A stretch of 29,836 nucleotides of DNA from Octopus sinensis (Eukaryota), in assembly GCF_006345805.1 (NCBI RefSeq), contig NW_021832664.1, positions 1-29,836 of the forward strand, in the 5' to 3' direction. Shown one piece after another: positions 11,250 to 22,697 of the stretch (its first letter is position 1; each line of letters opens with the position of its first letter). The position numbers were made by a program, and so were the translations under genes. The notes under the pieces are model-generated. The model saw only the letters and a program-made list of their open reading frames with translations. It was not told the origin of the DNA and made no database searches.

Positions 11250-12674
11250 ATGGAGTTCGACTTGACGTCGAAGGAAGATTTTCCCGTGATGGGAAAAAGT
11301 GAAAACATGGAGAAACAAGTACCCAAACAGTCATTCTCGGCCGCGGTGGGCGGCGCCATGTTGGAGGTCGAATTTAAAATCGAACAGCTATACGAATACA
11401 GGAACCTAGTAAAAGTGGAAGGAGGCGAGATAAGGCTTGTACCGCCGCAAGCGAAAGTACAAGAAATCAAGGAAAGAATTGTGATCTATAAAGTGTACAG
11501 CTTTAAAGAAAAAAAGATTATGGACGTGAAAAATGAAATTGTCGAGAAGTGCCTGTCCCCGGTGTGGGACAGAATTCGTCATGTCGTGAGAGGTGCACGC
11601 AGTGCTACGGTCGAGGCGCATTTTGACACGGCAGAGGTGGCGAAAGAGGTGTCGTCGTTGACCCTAAAAAGCGACGACATCATGCTGCTACCCTCGTATA
11701 TGGGGAAGCGAACTGCAAAGTTAGTGGTAGAAGACATACCCAGAGGGTACGACATCATGTGGGTGGCAGCGGCGGTCTTGCACAACATGGAACGTGAAAT
11801 ATCAATACTGCAAATGAGAAGGAAGGAGGTGGTACGGTGGAAGGGTCAGACTCTGGAACTCCTCGTACAGGCAGAGAACAAGATCTTGGAGAGCCTGCCT
11901 GACAGAATCTTCAATGAGGACGGTACGTCCATGAGAGTTTCGGTAGAGGGACGTAGACCCAGATGCTTCAAGTGTGGAGAGAAGGGTCACGTCCGATCCA
12001 ACTGTATTAAGAAAAAAAGAACAGAAGAAACGCCTCCTCCAAGTGCACCTATCACTGAAGGGGAGGAAACAAGCAAAAACAACAAAATAACGAAGACAAG
12101 TACGGAAACAAAAACAGACCAAACAGAACTAATGGACTACACACAAGTCACTCATAAAAGAAAAAAAGAGAATACCCAGGACTCCCCTCCCCAAACAAGG
12201 AAAAAAACAACAAACACAGCAGACACACACATCAAGCAAATCCCCCAACCCTACCCCCATGGCACTGTTTTCATTGGAAAACAGTTTGCCAAGCCCCTCC
12301 CCATAAAACAAGACATAAAAAAGTGCTTACTGAAAAACGAAAGAATAATAGCTTTCGATGAGAAAAATGAGAAAGTTTACAAATGCTGCAAACTTTCGAG
12401 ATTTATGCTGTATAGTAGAACCTCAGATGGGAAAGCAACCGCTCGCTTCGCCAAGGTAGGGGAGAACGAGTGGAAGGAGGAGGTTCTTCAGGAACACCTG
12501 AGGAACCGTCTAATAAGAGATGTGACCAAGGAGGTAATGGAGGGCAAACTGACAATAACCCCGGCAACCACACCCACCCAGAGCCCAGTGGCAACGCCGG
12601 TCAAGAGCCCTGCAGCAGCGGAAGAAGGGGAAGCAGGCAGATGTAAACTGTCATGCTCCCTTTCCCAACCGTAA
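11250..12674 (+). CDS. Tx1 ORF1 (gag-like, CCHC zinc knuckle)
   Basis: Uninterrupted ORF; first ATG at 11250 (MEFDLTSKED). Contains RPRCFKCGEKGHVRSNC (CX2CX4HX4C) followed by a T/K/P-rich linker. Confidence 0.85.
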   Translation: MEFDLTSKEDFPVMGKSENMEKQVPKQSFSAAVGGAMLEVEFKIEQLYEYRNLVKVEGGEIRLVPPQAKVQEIKERIVIYKVYSFKEKKIMDVKNEIVEKCLSPVWDRIRHVVRGARSATVEAHFDTAEVAKEVSSLTLKSDDIMLLPSYMGKRTAKLVVEDIPRGYDIMWVAAAVLHNMEREISILQMRRKEVVRWKGQTLELLVQAENKILESLPDRIFNEDGTSMRVSVEGRRPRCFKCGEKGHVRSNCIKKKRTEETPPPSAPITEGEETSKNNKITKTSTETKTDQTELMDYTQVTHKRKKENTQDSPPQTRKKTTNTADTHIKQIPQPYPHGTVFIGKQFAKPLPIKQDIKKCLLKNERIIAFDEKNEKVYKCCKLSRFMLYSRTSDGKATARFAKVGENEWKEEVLQEHLRNRLIRDVTKEVMEGKLTITPATTPTQSPVATPVKSPAAAEEGEAGRCKLSCSLSQP

Positions 12675-12702
12675 GTACGTTTATTTTTCTCTCTCACTCA
12701 CA

Positions 12703-15700
12703 ATGGCTAAGCTGGGTTGTATAAATGTACGTGGAATGGGGTCGAAACGGAAACAAATTTGTTTCCTGAACGACCTCACGACACATGGTATAGATATTGC
12801 TATTGCAACCGAGTCCAAGATGAGCGAGACCCAAGCGTTCTCGCCTCTTCTAAATGGTTTCGAGAAATTTATTTCTCCTAGCCGAGGAAGAGGCAGAGGC
12901 GTGGCAGTCTTCATCAGGAAGAGCTTGGACTTGCAGGTAAGTACTGTCTTTCTGGACCCAGAAGGCAGGCTGGTTGTCCTGGATGTGACTCACGTAAGTA
13001 AACAGTCCTTCAGGTTGGTAGCTGTCTACGCCCCGAACGAGGGTAGACAGACGGGTTTTTTCCGGAACCTGGAGCCCTTTTTAGCGACGTCGAAAACAGT
13101 AATCCTAGTAGGGGACTTTAACACTGTCCTTGAAGCGCACATCGACAATGTTGGCTCAACCAATAGGAAGGGGAACCCTAGCCTCAAGGGTCTACTAGAG
13201 AGCTTTGATCTAGTGGACCGTTACCGACTGGATGAGCCGAGCGTTCCACAGTGGACGTGGAGTAACAACGACGGCTCACACAGATCGTATCTAGATAGGA
13301 TATTTATTAAGAAAAGAGATAAGGATACGTTTAGTTGTCCACAATTTCATATTGTACCTTACTCGGATCACAAATTTGTGACGTGTGAGGTGCAATTAGA
13401 CAAGTGTCATAGACAGGGACCGGGTACTGGAAGCTGAACAAGGCTATTTTGAATTGTGAAGACTTCCGTACCCGGATTAAGGTGTTAGTTCAGAGGGCAT
13501 TGTGTGGCACCATCATTAACAATAGATGGTGGCACGCCCTCAAAAGAGCCATTCGTTTAGAGTCCGTTAGATTTAGCAATCAGCTAAGGATAGATAGGGC
13601 TAGTCTAGAGGGCGATTTAGTTAAGAATCTAGACGAGGCAATGGAAGCTGGCTCTGCATCCGGAGTGTTGGCGGCAAGGACGGTATTGTACCGTCACTTT
13701 AACTCCAAACACGAAGGTTGCAGAGTCAGAGCTAAGCTGCGCGCTGGAAACGAGAAGGTATTAACGTGGCCGGATGGGCCCGTCGTGTGGGGAGAGTAAG
13801 AGAGGCAACAGAGCCTCAATCAAATCTTTGACTGACGAACAGGGACAAAAGATCTATGGACAGGAGGAGATGCAAAAGTTTCTTCACCAGCATTTCGCTC
13901 GCGTGTTCGGGGGGGTGGTGGTTCGCTGGATCGGGGGAGGGCCTTAAAGGACTTCCTAGCCGGCGGACCGCGGCTCGCGGGGCGTGAGGTGGAGTGCTGT
14001 GAAGGAGCGATCACTCCCGCGGAGATAAAGGAGATACTGGCCGGATGCGCCGGGGAGAAGTCGCCGGGGTTGGATGGTCTGCCCTACGAGTTTTACCAAA
14101 GTATGCCGGACTTGTTCGGGGGAATACTGGCAGGCGTCTACACGAACTGGCAGCAGAATGGGAGAATTCCCAGTTCTGTAAGCCGGGGAGTGGTGACGCT
14201 AATCCAGAAAGACCCGAGCAAGGGGGATAATATTAGTAACTACAGGCCCATAACTCTACTTAATGTAGAGTTAAAGATTTTGGCCAAGGTTAGCAAAAAG
14301 GTTGACGGTTGTCGTGGAGAAACTTGTAGGGAGAGCACAGACATGTGCAATTCCAGGCAGGTCGATCCAGGACAATCTTCACCTTATACGCTACACCTTA
14401 GATAGGGTGGGTAAATTAGCCGGCAAAGGCGGGGTAATGGTCCATTTAGACCAAAGTAAAGCCTTCGATAGGGTAGACCATGGGTACCTGGCGACGGTCC
14501 TCGAAGCGACTGGGCTGGGCCCTGAATTTCGCGGGTGGATCTCCGCTATGTATAGCGGCATCAAGTCCACCGTCCAGATAAACGGTTACCTAACGGAACC
14601 GTTTTCGATCGAGTGTTCAGTGCGTCAGGGGTGCCCCTTGTCACCACTTTTGTACGTATTGGCTCTTGAGCCACTGCTGCGAAAGTGGAGAGGGGAGAGG
14701 GGGAGTAACTCGGATGAAATCGGAGGTGGGAGGACGGTTACTGCTTATGCGGATGACGTCACCCTCATCGTGTCCAAAGAGGCCCAACTACCTTGTGTAG
14801 AGGAGGCTATCAGAGGATACGAGGCGGTGGCAGGAGCAAAGGTTAACAAGGACAAATCGGTTGGCTTGCGCCTCGGCACCTGGAGGAGCAAGTCGATATC
14901 ACAGTGTCGTGGGACACTGGACGGATGGCCCTGTTAAGTTGCTGGGAGTTGGTTGGGACCAGACTCCCAAACGGAGAAGAACTGGAGTGAGGTGACGAGC
15001 AAGGTGGAGGCCATAGTACGGACCTGGTCCGGAAGGTCTCTGTCCTTGAAAGGAAAGGCGGAGGTGGTACAGATGTTCATTGCATCTGTAATCACCTACC
15101 GCCTGACCGTTGTCCCTTGCCCCGATTCATGGCTTAACAAGTTGGAACGAATCCTTTTCCGCTTTTTGTGGAAAGGAGGAAAGCCACTTGTGAGGCGCTC
15201 CGTTTGCTGCCAAGAACCGTTAAGGGTGGTTAGGGATGCCTTGGTTGATGATGCGCAGACATGCGTTGAGGCTAAGGCATCTCTGGCACCACCTGGAGGT
15301 GATAAGGTGTGGAGTCCGCTGGCAGAGGGATTTTTCCCGAGACCGGCCTCCTTAGTGAATTTTAAACCCGGTTACATCAAAAGATGGAAACTGACTCCAT
15401 GGCAAAAGGAGTGCCGACAGGCACTCACGCTGATCCACAAGGCGGGCAAGGCCGGCTGCGGAAATACCACCTCGGTATTTTATAGAGGGCTGGTAGAGGC
15501 AAAAAATGACGACGTCCTAGGAGGGGCTCTGGGGTTTGATGAAGACCAGCTTGCCAACCTGTTTAAAAAAACTTTCAGGTCGGGTATTTGGATAATTTCC
15601 AAAGATCCCTGGCCTGGCAGTGCTATAGGAATGCTTTACCTGTTCGCGAGAAGTTATCGCGGCACGGAGTTTCAGTGCCACCGACGTGTCAAGGTGCGAG

Positions 15701-16100
15701 TTGGACGATGAAACCGTCCAGCACGCTTTTGTTCACTGTCGGAAGTTGTCCGACTTGATAAGTTACGCAGAACACGTGTTATCGCATCTGGGACGAGTAC
15801 AGCTGTCGGCTGAGTCTATGATTAAGATGATACCGCCAACTGGACTCTCGAAGGAAGGTGAGGCATGTTTTCACTGCACGGTTGCAGTAGTAAAGGAATG
15901 CATGTGGAGAACGAAATGGAAGGAGCCGCGATAGGATCCTTTGTCTCCGGCCCGCTTGCTCACTTACTTCAGATATCATCTGAAGAGCAAATGGGGCTGG
16001 AAAGAGGATCTTACCGCGGGGTGTGTATGAGAAAAGATGGAAGGAAGTGGAAAGAAAGGTGGGTGTGAGAAACCCAGCTTGACCATGGAGGAGAGAGAGA
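12703..16100 (+). pseudogene. Tx1 ORF2: APE endonuclease + reverse transcriptase + CCHC finger, frameshifted (3' end approximate)
   Basis: MAKLGCINVRG, IATESK, VYAPNE, VGDFN, WTW, SYLDRIF, SDH. RT motifs KSPGLDGLP, NYRPITLLN, HLDQSKAFDRVDH, VRQGCPLSPLLY, AYADD. C-terminal C(x)RC-ELDDETVQ-H-AFVH-C. Confidence 0.93.
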
Positions 16101-16314
16101 AGTGGAAGCTGCAGGGCCTCATAAATTGCCGGGGTGTAAAGGCTCCAGTGAGACTAAAGTTCATCTACTGTTGTTTTTTATACTGGTTATGCAAAGGATA
16201 TTATTTTATAATGAATCTAAACAAAATTTTTAATCGAATCTCTTAAATGTTTTTTGTTGTATGTCCTGTATTGGTCCTTCTGTTCTCGATTTTCATAATC
16301 TTAATAAAGAAATA

Positions 16315-17299
16315 CCCTATTCACGCTACACACACCTTCAGAGAAAACCAGACTTCCAAAAATGGCCAGCTAAGTCCAATTTCATCCTGCTCTTTTCATA
16401 TTTTTAAGCGTTTTGTTTGGATAGCTTGATCTGTTCTCCCTTCGTTCCCCTATTCTCTAAACATGGCGACTTCATGCATCTGCATTTTTAAAGTTTATTT
16501 TCCTTCAGGGCCATCTTCGATGTTTATCCCATTCTCCTCCGAAATTGCCCCCTCGTCTCTTACCGTATTTTTTTTTTTTTTTTTTTTTTTATCATATTTC
16601 TCTTTCTCTTCTCTACCGTATTTTTTTCATTATTTATCTATTCCATTCTCTACCGTATTTTTTATTATTTAATCTATTTTCATTCTCTCTCTGGCTTCAT
16701 TCAGTCATTTATCTAATTAATTATTTTTCCCCCTCAAATATAGTATTCAAACTAGTTGCTTCGATTCTCTCTCTCTCTCTCTCTCGTGTTCCGTCCCCTT
16801 CCCTAATTCCCTTATAAATGACAGCGTGCGATCGTATCTGATCCCTATTCACTCGCTACACCTTCAGAGAAAACACAGACTTCCAAAAATGGCCAGCTAA
16901 GTCAATTTCATCCTGCTCTTTTCATATTTTTAAGCGTTTTGTTTGGATAGCTTGATCTGTTCTCCCTTCGTTCCCCTATTCTCTAAACATGGCGACTTCA
17001 TGCATTGCATTTTTAAAGTTTATTTTCCTTCAGGGCCATCTTCGATGTTTATCCCATTCTCCTCCGAAATATGCCCCCTCGTCTCTTACCGTATTTTTTT
17101 TTTTTTTTTTTTTTTTTTCATTATTTATCTATTCTCATTCTCTACCGTATTTTTTTCATTATTTATCTATTTCCATTCTCTAACGTATTTTTTATTATTT
17201 ATCTATTTTCATTCTCTCTCTGGCTGGCTTTCATTCATTCATCATTTATTAATTATTATTTCCCCCTCAAATATAGTATTCAAACTAGTTGCTTCGATT
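16315..17299 (+). repeat. ~527-bp tandem repeat, right part (one full unit + one unit cut by the RTE element)
   Basis: The unit resumes at the TSD; the next CCCTATTCACTCGCTA is at 16843 (period 528). The sequence diverges after GCTTCGATT at 17299. Confidence 0.95.
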
Positions 17300-17496
17300 T
17301 TGTCGCCCGCCCTCCCACCCCCACCACCAATACCGGAAGTTTCTACCCTAATACCGGAAACTACCCCCTCCCCCACTAGCACCTATGTAGGGTTTATCTG
17401 AACATATAGTGCAAAAATTGTGAAAAGTATGCAGGTTGTAGTCTAGAGTTTCCATATGAAATCTGCCAAATGCAAGCTTTCTTTTCAGGTACATGA

Positions 17497-20400
17497 CACG
17501 CTGTCCCTCGTCCCAGGGTCTCTGATGCCCACACCTCCCAAACCCTCAGAGTTGGCACGCTCAACGTTGGCACATTGAAAGGTAGGTCTGGAGAGATTGT
17601 AGAGCTGCTTGAACGGAGACGTGTGGATGTATGCTGTATCCAGGAAGTAAGGTGGAGAGGAGGTTCTGCTAGGCTCCTCACGGGCAAGGAACACAGGTAC
17701 AAGATTTTCTGGGCAGGGAACATTGACGGTGTCGGGGGCGTGGGTATACTTCTTGCGGAGAAATGGATAGGTAAGGTAATCGAGGTAGTCAGAATAAGTG
17801 ACAGAGTAATTAAAATTAGATTAGTTCTTCACCATAGGACAGCTACCATCATCTCGGCATATGCCCCTCAACCAGGGCTACCGAAGGACAAAAAGACCAA
17901 TTCTATGACACCCTATTGCGGACTACCTCATTGACAAATGACAGTGACCTTCTCTTCGTGGCAGGTGATTTCAATGGACATGTTGGACGACATGTCAGGG
18001 GCTTCCATGGCATCCATGGAGGCCACGGTTTTGGCTCTCGAAATGAGGAGGGAACCAGGCTGCTGGAGTTCTGCGATGCAAATGACCTTATGGTCTGCAA
18101 TACCCACTTCAGGAACCCACCTCTCACCTAGTCACCTACCGTTCTGGCAGACACACCAGCCAGATTGACTACATCCTTGCCAGAAAAAGGGAAAGAGGGC
18201 TGATTATAAATGCCAAAACCTTCCCAGGCGAAGAATGTACTCCCCAACATAGATTAGTAGTTAGCGACTTCAGGATCAGAGCTAAATGGTCGCCCAGAAG
18301 AAGACCAGCTTGGAGGAGAAGGGTCTGGAAGCTTAAAGATCCTGCAAATGCACAGAGATTTAGAGACATACTACTCGAAGCCTCTGACGAAATAGAAGGG
18401 GATATAGCTTCACTTAATGTGGAAGACAACTGGAGATTCCTACGGGACAATCTGCTGACAGCCACTGACCAGATCTGTGGATGGAGCAAAGTACCATCTC
18501 GACCCAGAGTAACATGGTGGTGGAACACGGTGGTTGACGGGGCTATTAGACAAAAGAGACAGGCTTGGAAGGACTGGAAGAACGGTGGTAGCAGGGAATT
18601 GTATCAGACAGCCAAAAGGGAAGCTAGGAGACAGGTTTATATAGCCAGAGGGGAAGCGGATAAGAAAAAATTTGCCAATGTTCTGAGCCGTGAGGATGAA
18701 AGACTTGAGGTATTTCGTGTTGCAAGACAGTGTGTGAGAGAGAATCGTGATGTGGTAGGAGAGAAGTGTGTTCGCATGGATGATGGTTCACTTGCGCTAA
18801 ATGAGGATGCAAAGAGAGAGGTTTGGAGATGCCACTATGAAAGTTTGCTGAATAAAGAAAATGAATGGGATAAAGAGAGTCTGCCAAATGTTGACCCACA
18901 GAGGGACCAGCTATCCGAGTTGATAGTTCCGTGGTAGCTAAGGCAATTAGAAGCATGAAGACAGGAAAGCCCCAGGCCCATCAGGAATTACTGCAGAGAT
19001 GCTCAAAATATCTGGCAGTGTCGGCTATAACCTAGTCACCCGTATAGTCAACCAGGTGATACACGAAGGAGTCATACCCAATGACTGGTGTAGCAGCATA
19101 CTAGTCAACTGCTACAAAGGTAAAGGTGATGCCCTGGATACAAATAATTACAGAGGTATCAAGCTGTTGGATCAGGTAATGAAGGTTACGGAGAGGGTCT
19201 TAGCCCAACTAATTAGAGAGAGAGTTAGTTTAGATGAGATGCAGTTTGGGTTTGTCCCAGGGAAAAGCACCACTGATGCTATATTCCTGGTAAGGCAGCT
19301 GCAGGAGAAATACCTAGCCAAGGATAAGCCCCTGTACCTGGCTTTTGTTGACATGGAGAAAGCCTTTGATAGGGTCCCCCGATCCCTCATCTGGTGGTCA
19401 ATGAGGAACTAGGGATAGATGAATGGCTGGTGAGGGCTGTGCAAGCCATGTACAGAGATGCCGTAAGTAAGGTTAGAGTTGGCAACATGTACACAGAAGA
19501 ATTCAAAGTAGAGGTTGGGGTCCACCAGGGTTCAGTACTCAGCCCCCTCCTATTTATCATAGTCCTCCAGGCAATAACGGAGGAATTCAAGACAGGTTGC
19601 CCCTGGGAGCTCCTCTATGCTGACGACCTCGCTCTAATCGCTGAGTCACTATCAGAACTGGAGGAGAAGTTCCAGGTGTGGAAGGAGGGTTTAGAATCGA
19701 GGGGCCTTAGAGTCAACCTAGCTAAAACCAAAGTACTAATAAGTAGAAAGGTAGAAAACCACAAATATCATCAGGAAGATGGCCCTGCTCGATCTGTAGA
19801 AAAGGTGTAGGTAGAAACTCTATAAGATGTACCCAGTGTAAGCTATGGACACATAAGAGGTGCAGCAATGTCAAAGGTAGGCTAACTGGGAAGATAGTTT
19901 TTGTATGTGGCAGGTGCTCTGGAGCACTGACCTCCGAAAATCTGCAGAAAACAACTTCTGTCACTTTCCGGGGGAAAAACTAGAAGTAGTTGATAGTTTC
20001 CGCTATCTAGGTGACCAAGTCAGTAGTGGGGGTGGGTGCGCTGAAAGTGTAACTGCTAGAATAAGAATAGCCTGGGCAAAGTTTAGGGAGCTCTTACCTC
20101 TGCTGGTGACTAAAGGCCTCTCGCTCAGAGTAAAAGGCAGACTGTATGATGCATGTGTACGAACAGCTATGCTACATGGCAGTGAAACATGGGCCGTGAC
20201 TGCTGAGGACATGCGTAAGCTCGTGAGGAACGAAGCCAGTATGCTCCGATGGATGTGTAATGTCAGTGTACTTACTCGACAGAGCGTTAGTACCTTGAGA
20301 GAAATGTTGTACCTAAGAAGCATCAGTTGTTGTGTGCAAGAGAGACGATTGCGCTGGTATGGTCATGTGGCGAGAATGGATGAAGAGAGGTGTGTGAGAA

Positions 20401-20567
20401 AGTGCCAATCCCTAGCAGTTGAGGGAACCCGTGGAAGAGGTAGACCCAGGAAAACCTGGGACGAGGTGGTGAAGCACGACCTTCGGACGTTAGGTCTCAC
20501 CATGGAAATGACTAGAGACCGAGACCTATGGAAGTATGCTGTGCGTGAGAAGACCCGGCAAGACTAG
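17497..20567 (+). pseudogene. RTE ORF: APE + RT + PHD finger + C-terminal domain, frameshifted
   Basis: TLNVGTL, CCIQEVRW, SAYAPQ, AGDFNGHVG, QIDYIL; NYRGIKLL, QFGFVPGKSTTDAIF, AFVDMEKAFDRVPR, GVHQGSVLSPLLF, LYADDL; RRLRWYGHVARM, RGRGRPRKTW. Confidence 0.93.
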
Positions 20568-20765
20568 TGAAGCCATAATCCGTGGCCCCTACCTGGGACG
20601 TAGTCAGTCCACCTGTGCATACCTTCCTTCTTGTGACACTTGTGAAGACCTGTTGAGGCAAGTGAGAATCGAATCGTATCAAATCAAATCGAACCAAATC
20701 AAAATAGATGAACATCAATGGAATTTGTATCCTTGTGGTACCAGTGCCGGTGGCACATAAGAAAA

Positions 20766-21205
20766 CCATCCGAACGTGACCGTAGCCAGTACCGCAATGA
20801 CTGGCCTCCGTGCTGAGGGCACGTAACAAACACCATCCGAGCGTGGCCGTCCGCCAGCCTCGTCTAGCACCTGTGTCGGTGACACATAAGAAACCCATCC
20901 GAGCGTGGCCGTCTGCCAGCCTCGTCTGGCACCTGTGTCGGTGGCACATAAAAACACCATCCGAGCGTGGCGTCTGCCAGCCTCGTCTGGCACCTGTGTC
21001 GGTGGCACATAAAAAACAACACCATCCGAGCGTGGCCGTCTGCCAGCCTCGTCTGGCACCTGTGTCGGTGGCACATAAAAACACCATCCGAGCGTGGCCG
21101 TCTGCCAGCCTCGTCTGGCACCTGTGTCGGTGGCACTAAAAACACCATCCGAGCTTGGCCTTCTGCCAGCCTCGTCGGCACCTGTGTCGGTGGCACATAA
21201 AATCA
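20766..21205 (+). repeat. ~62-bp minisatellite in the RTE 3' UTR
   Basis: Six near-identical units of ACCATCCGAGCGTGGCCGTCTGCCAGCCTCGTCTGGCACCTGTGTCGGTGGCACATAAAAAC (20832-21205), plus a diverged unit from 20766. Confidence 0.95.
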
Positions 21206-21372
21206 CCCCACACAACTCTCGGAGTGGTTGGCGTTAGGAAGGGCATCCAGCTGTAGAAACACTGCCACATCTGACTGGCCTGGTGCAGCCTTCGGGCTTC
21301 CAGACCCCAGTTGAACCGTCCAACCATGCTAGCATGGAAAGCGGACGTTAAACGATGATGATGATGATGATA

Positions 21373-21539
21373 TGATATATATATGTGTTATAATATGTGA
21401 TATATATATGTGTATATATATATGTTATATATATATATGTGTATATATATATATGTGTATATATTATGTGTATATATATAATGTGTATATATATATGTGT
21501 ATATATATAATGTGTATATATATAATGTGTATATATATA

Positions 21540-21570
<31 letters not shown>

Positions 21571-22420
21571 ATGTGTATATATATAATGTGTATATATATA
21601 ATGTGTATATATATATGTGTATATATATGTGTATATATATAATGTGTGTATATATATATGTGTATATATATGTGTATATATATAATGTGTGTATATATAT
21701 ATGTGTATATATATATGTGTATATATATAATGTGTGTATATATATATATATGTGTATATATAATGTGTATATATATAATGTATATATATATAATGTATAT
21801 ATATATAATGTGTATATATATATAATGTATATATATATAATGTGTATATATATAATGTGTATATATATAATGTGTATATATATAATGTGTATATATATAA
21901 TGTATATATATATAATGTATATATATATAATGTATATATATAATGTGTATATATATAATGTGTATATATATAATGTGTGTATATATATAATGTGTGTATA
22001 TATATAATGTGTGTATATATATAATGAATATATATATAATGAATATATATATAATGTGAATATATATATAATGTGTATATATACAATGTGTGTATATATA
22101 ATGTATATATATAATGTATATATATAATGTGTATATATATAATGTGTATATATATAATGTGTATATATATAATGTATATATATATAATGTATATATATAT
22201 AATGTGTATATATATAATGTGTATATGTATAATGTATATATATATAATGTGTATATATATAATGTATATATATATAATGTGTATATATATAATGTATATA
22301 TGTATAATGTATATATGTATATAATGTGTATATATATATATGTATAATGTATATATGTATATAATGTGTAAATATATATATATATAACGTATATACGTAT
22401 ATAATGTATATATATATATA
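21373..22420. repeat. ~1-kb compound microsatellite of (TA)n-ATG(TG) units
   Basis: Repeated TATATATATAATGTG-like units. Confidence 0.95.
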
Positions 22421-22421
22421 A

Positions 22422-22697
22422 AATTATAATTAAGGGTTAATTGCAACAAGTTGCTCAAAACCACACACCGAAAATATTAGAAATAGCAGCCAAAATTGAC
22501 CACTATTTCCTCTACTAATAAGAAGGCTGGGATTTCGTTATATTCTTCCTTTTTTGCCATATACAGGTTACGAATTCTGTTTGTTTGTGGAGACTTTTTA
22601 TTAGTAGAGGACATAGCGGTCAATTTTGGCTGCTATTTCTAATATTTTCGGTATGTGGTTTTGAGCAACTTGTTGCAATTAACCCTTAATTATAATT
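22422..22697. mobile_element. Fold-back element with ~100-bp inverted arms (MITE-like or Penelope-type inverted end)
   Basis: 22422-22521 is the reverse complement of 22598-22697, with few mismatches and a ~76-bp spacer. Confidence 0.7.

Larger units (their letters stand above)
11051..16314 (+). mobile_element. Tx1/L1-clade non-LTR retrotransposon, apparently full length, with TSD
   Basis: ORF1 with a CCHC knuckle; ORF2 with APE, RT and a C-terminal CCHC. AATAAA at 16303 and no poly(A). Flanked by CCCTATTCACTCGCTA (11035-11050) and CCCTATTCAC--GCTA (16315-16328). Confidence 0.92.
17300..21372 (+). mobile_element. RTE-clade non-LTR retrotransposon (5' boundary approximate)
   Basis: Single APE-RT ORF; long 3' UTR ending GTTAGGAAGGGCATCCAGC...GCATGGAAAGCGGACGTTAAAC followed by a (GAT)n tail. 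No TSD found. Confidence 0.92.

Noticed and set aside
20900-21000. CCAG-CCTCGT-CTGG hairpin resembling HDV-like ribozyme P3/L3 (also CCCTCGT near 17505)
   Set aside because: I could not build a proper P1, P1.1 (no GG) or P2 pseudoknot around either site.
20832-21205. Regular ~62-bp repeats superficially like a CRISPR array
   Set aside because: The units are contiguous with no unique spacers, sit inside a eukaryotic LINE 3' UTR, and there are no cas genes.
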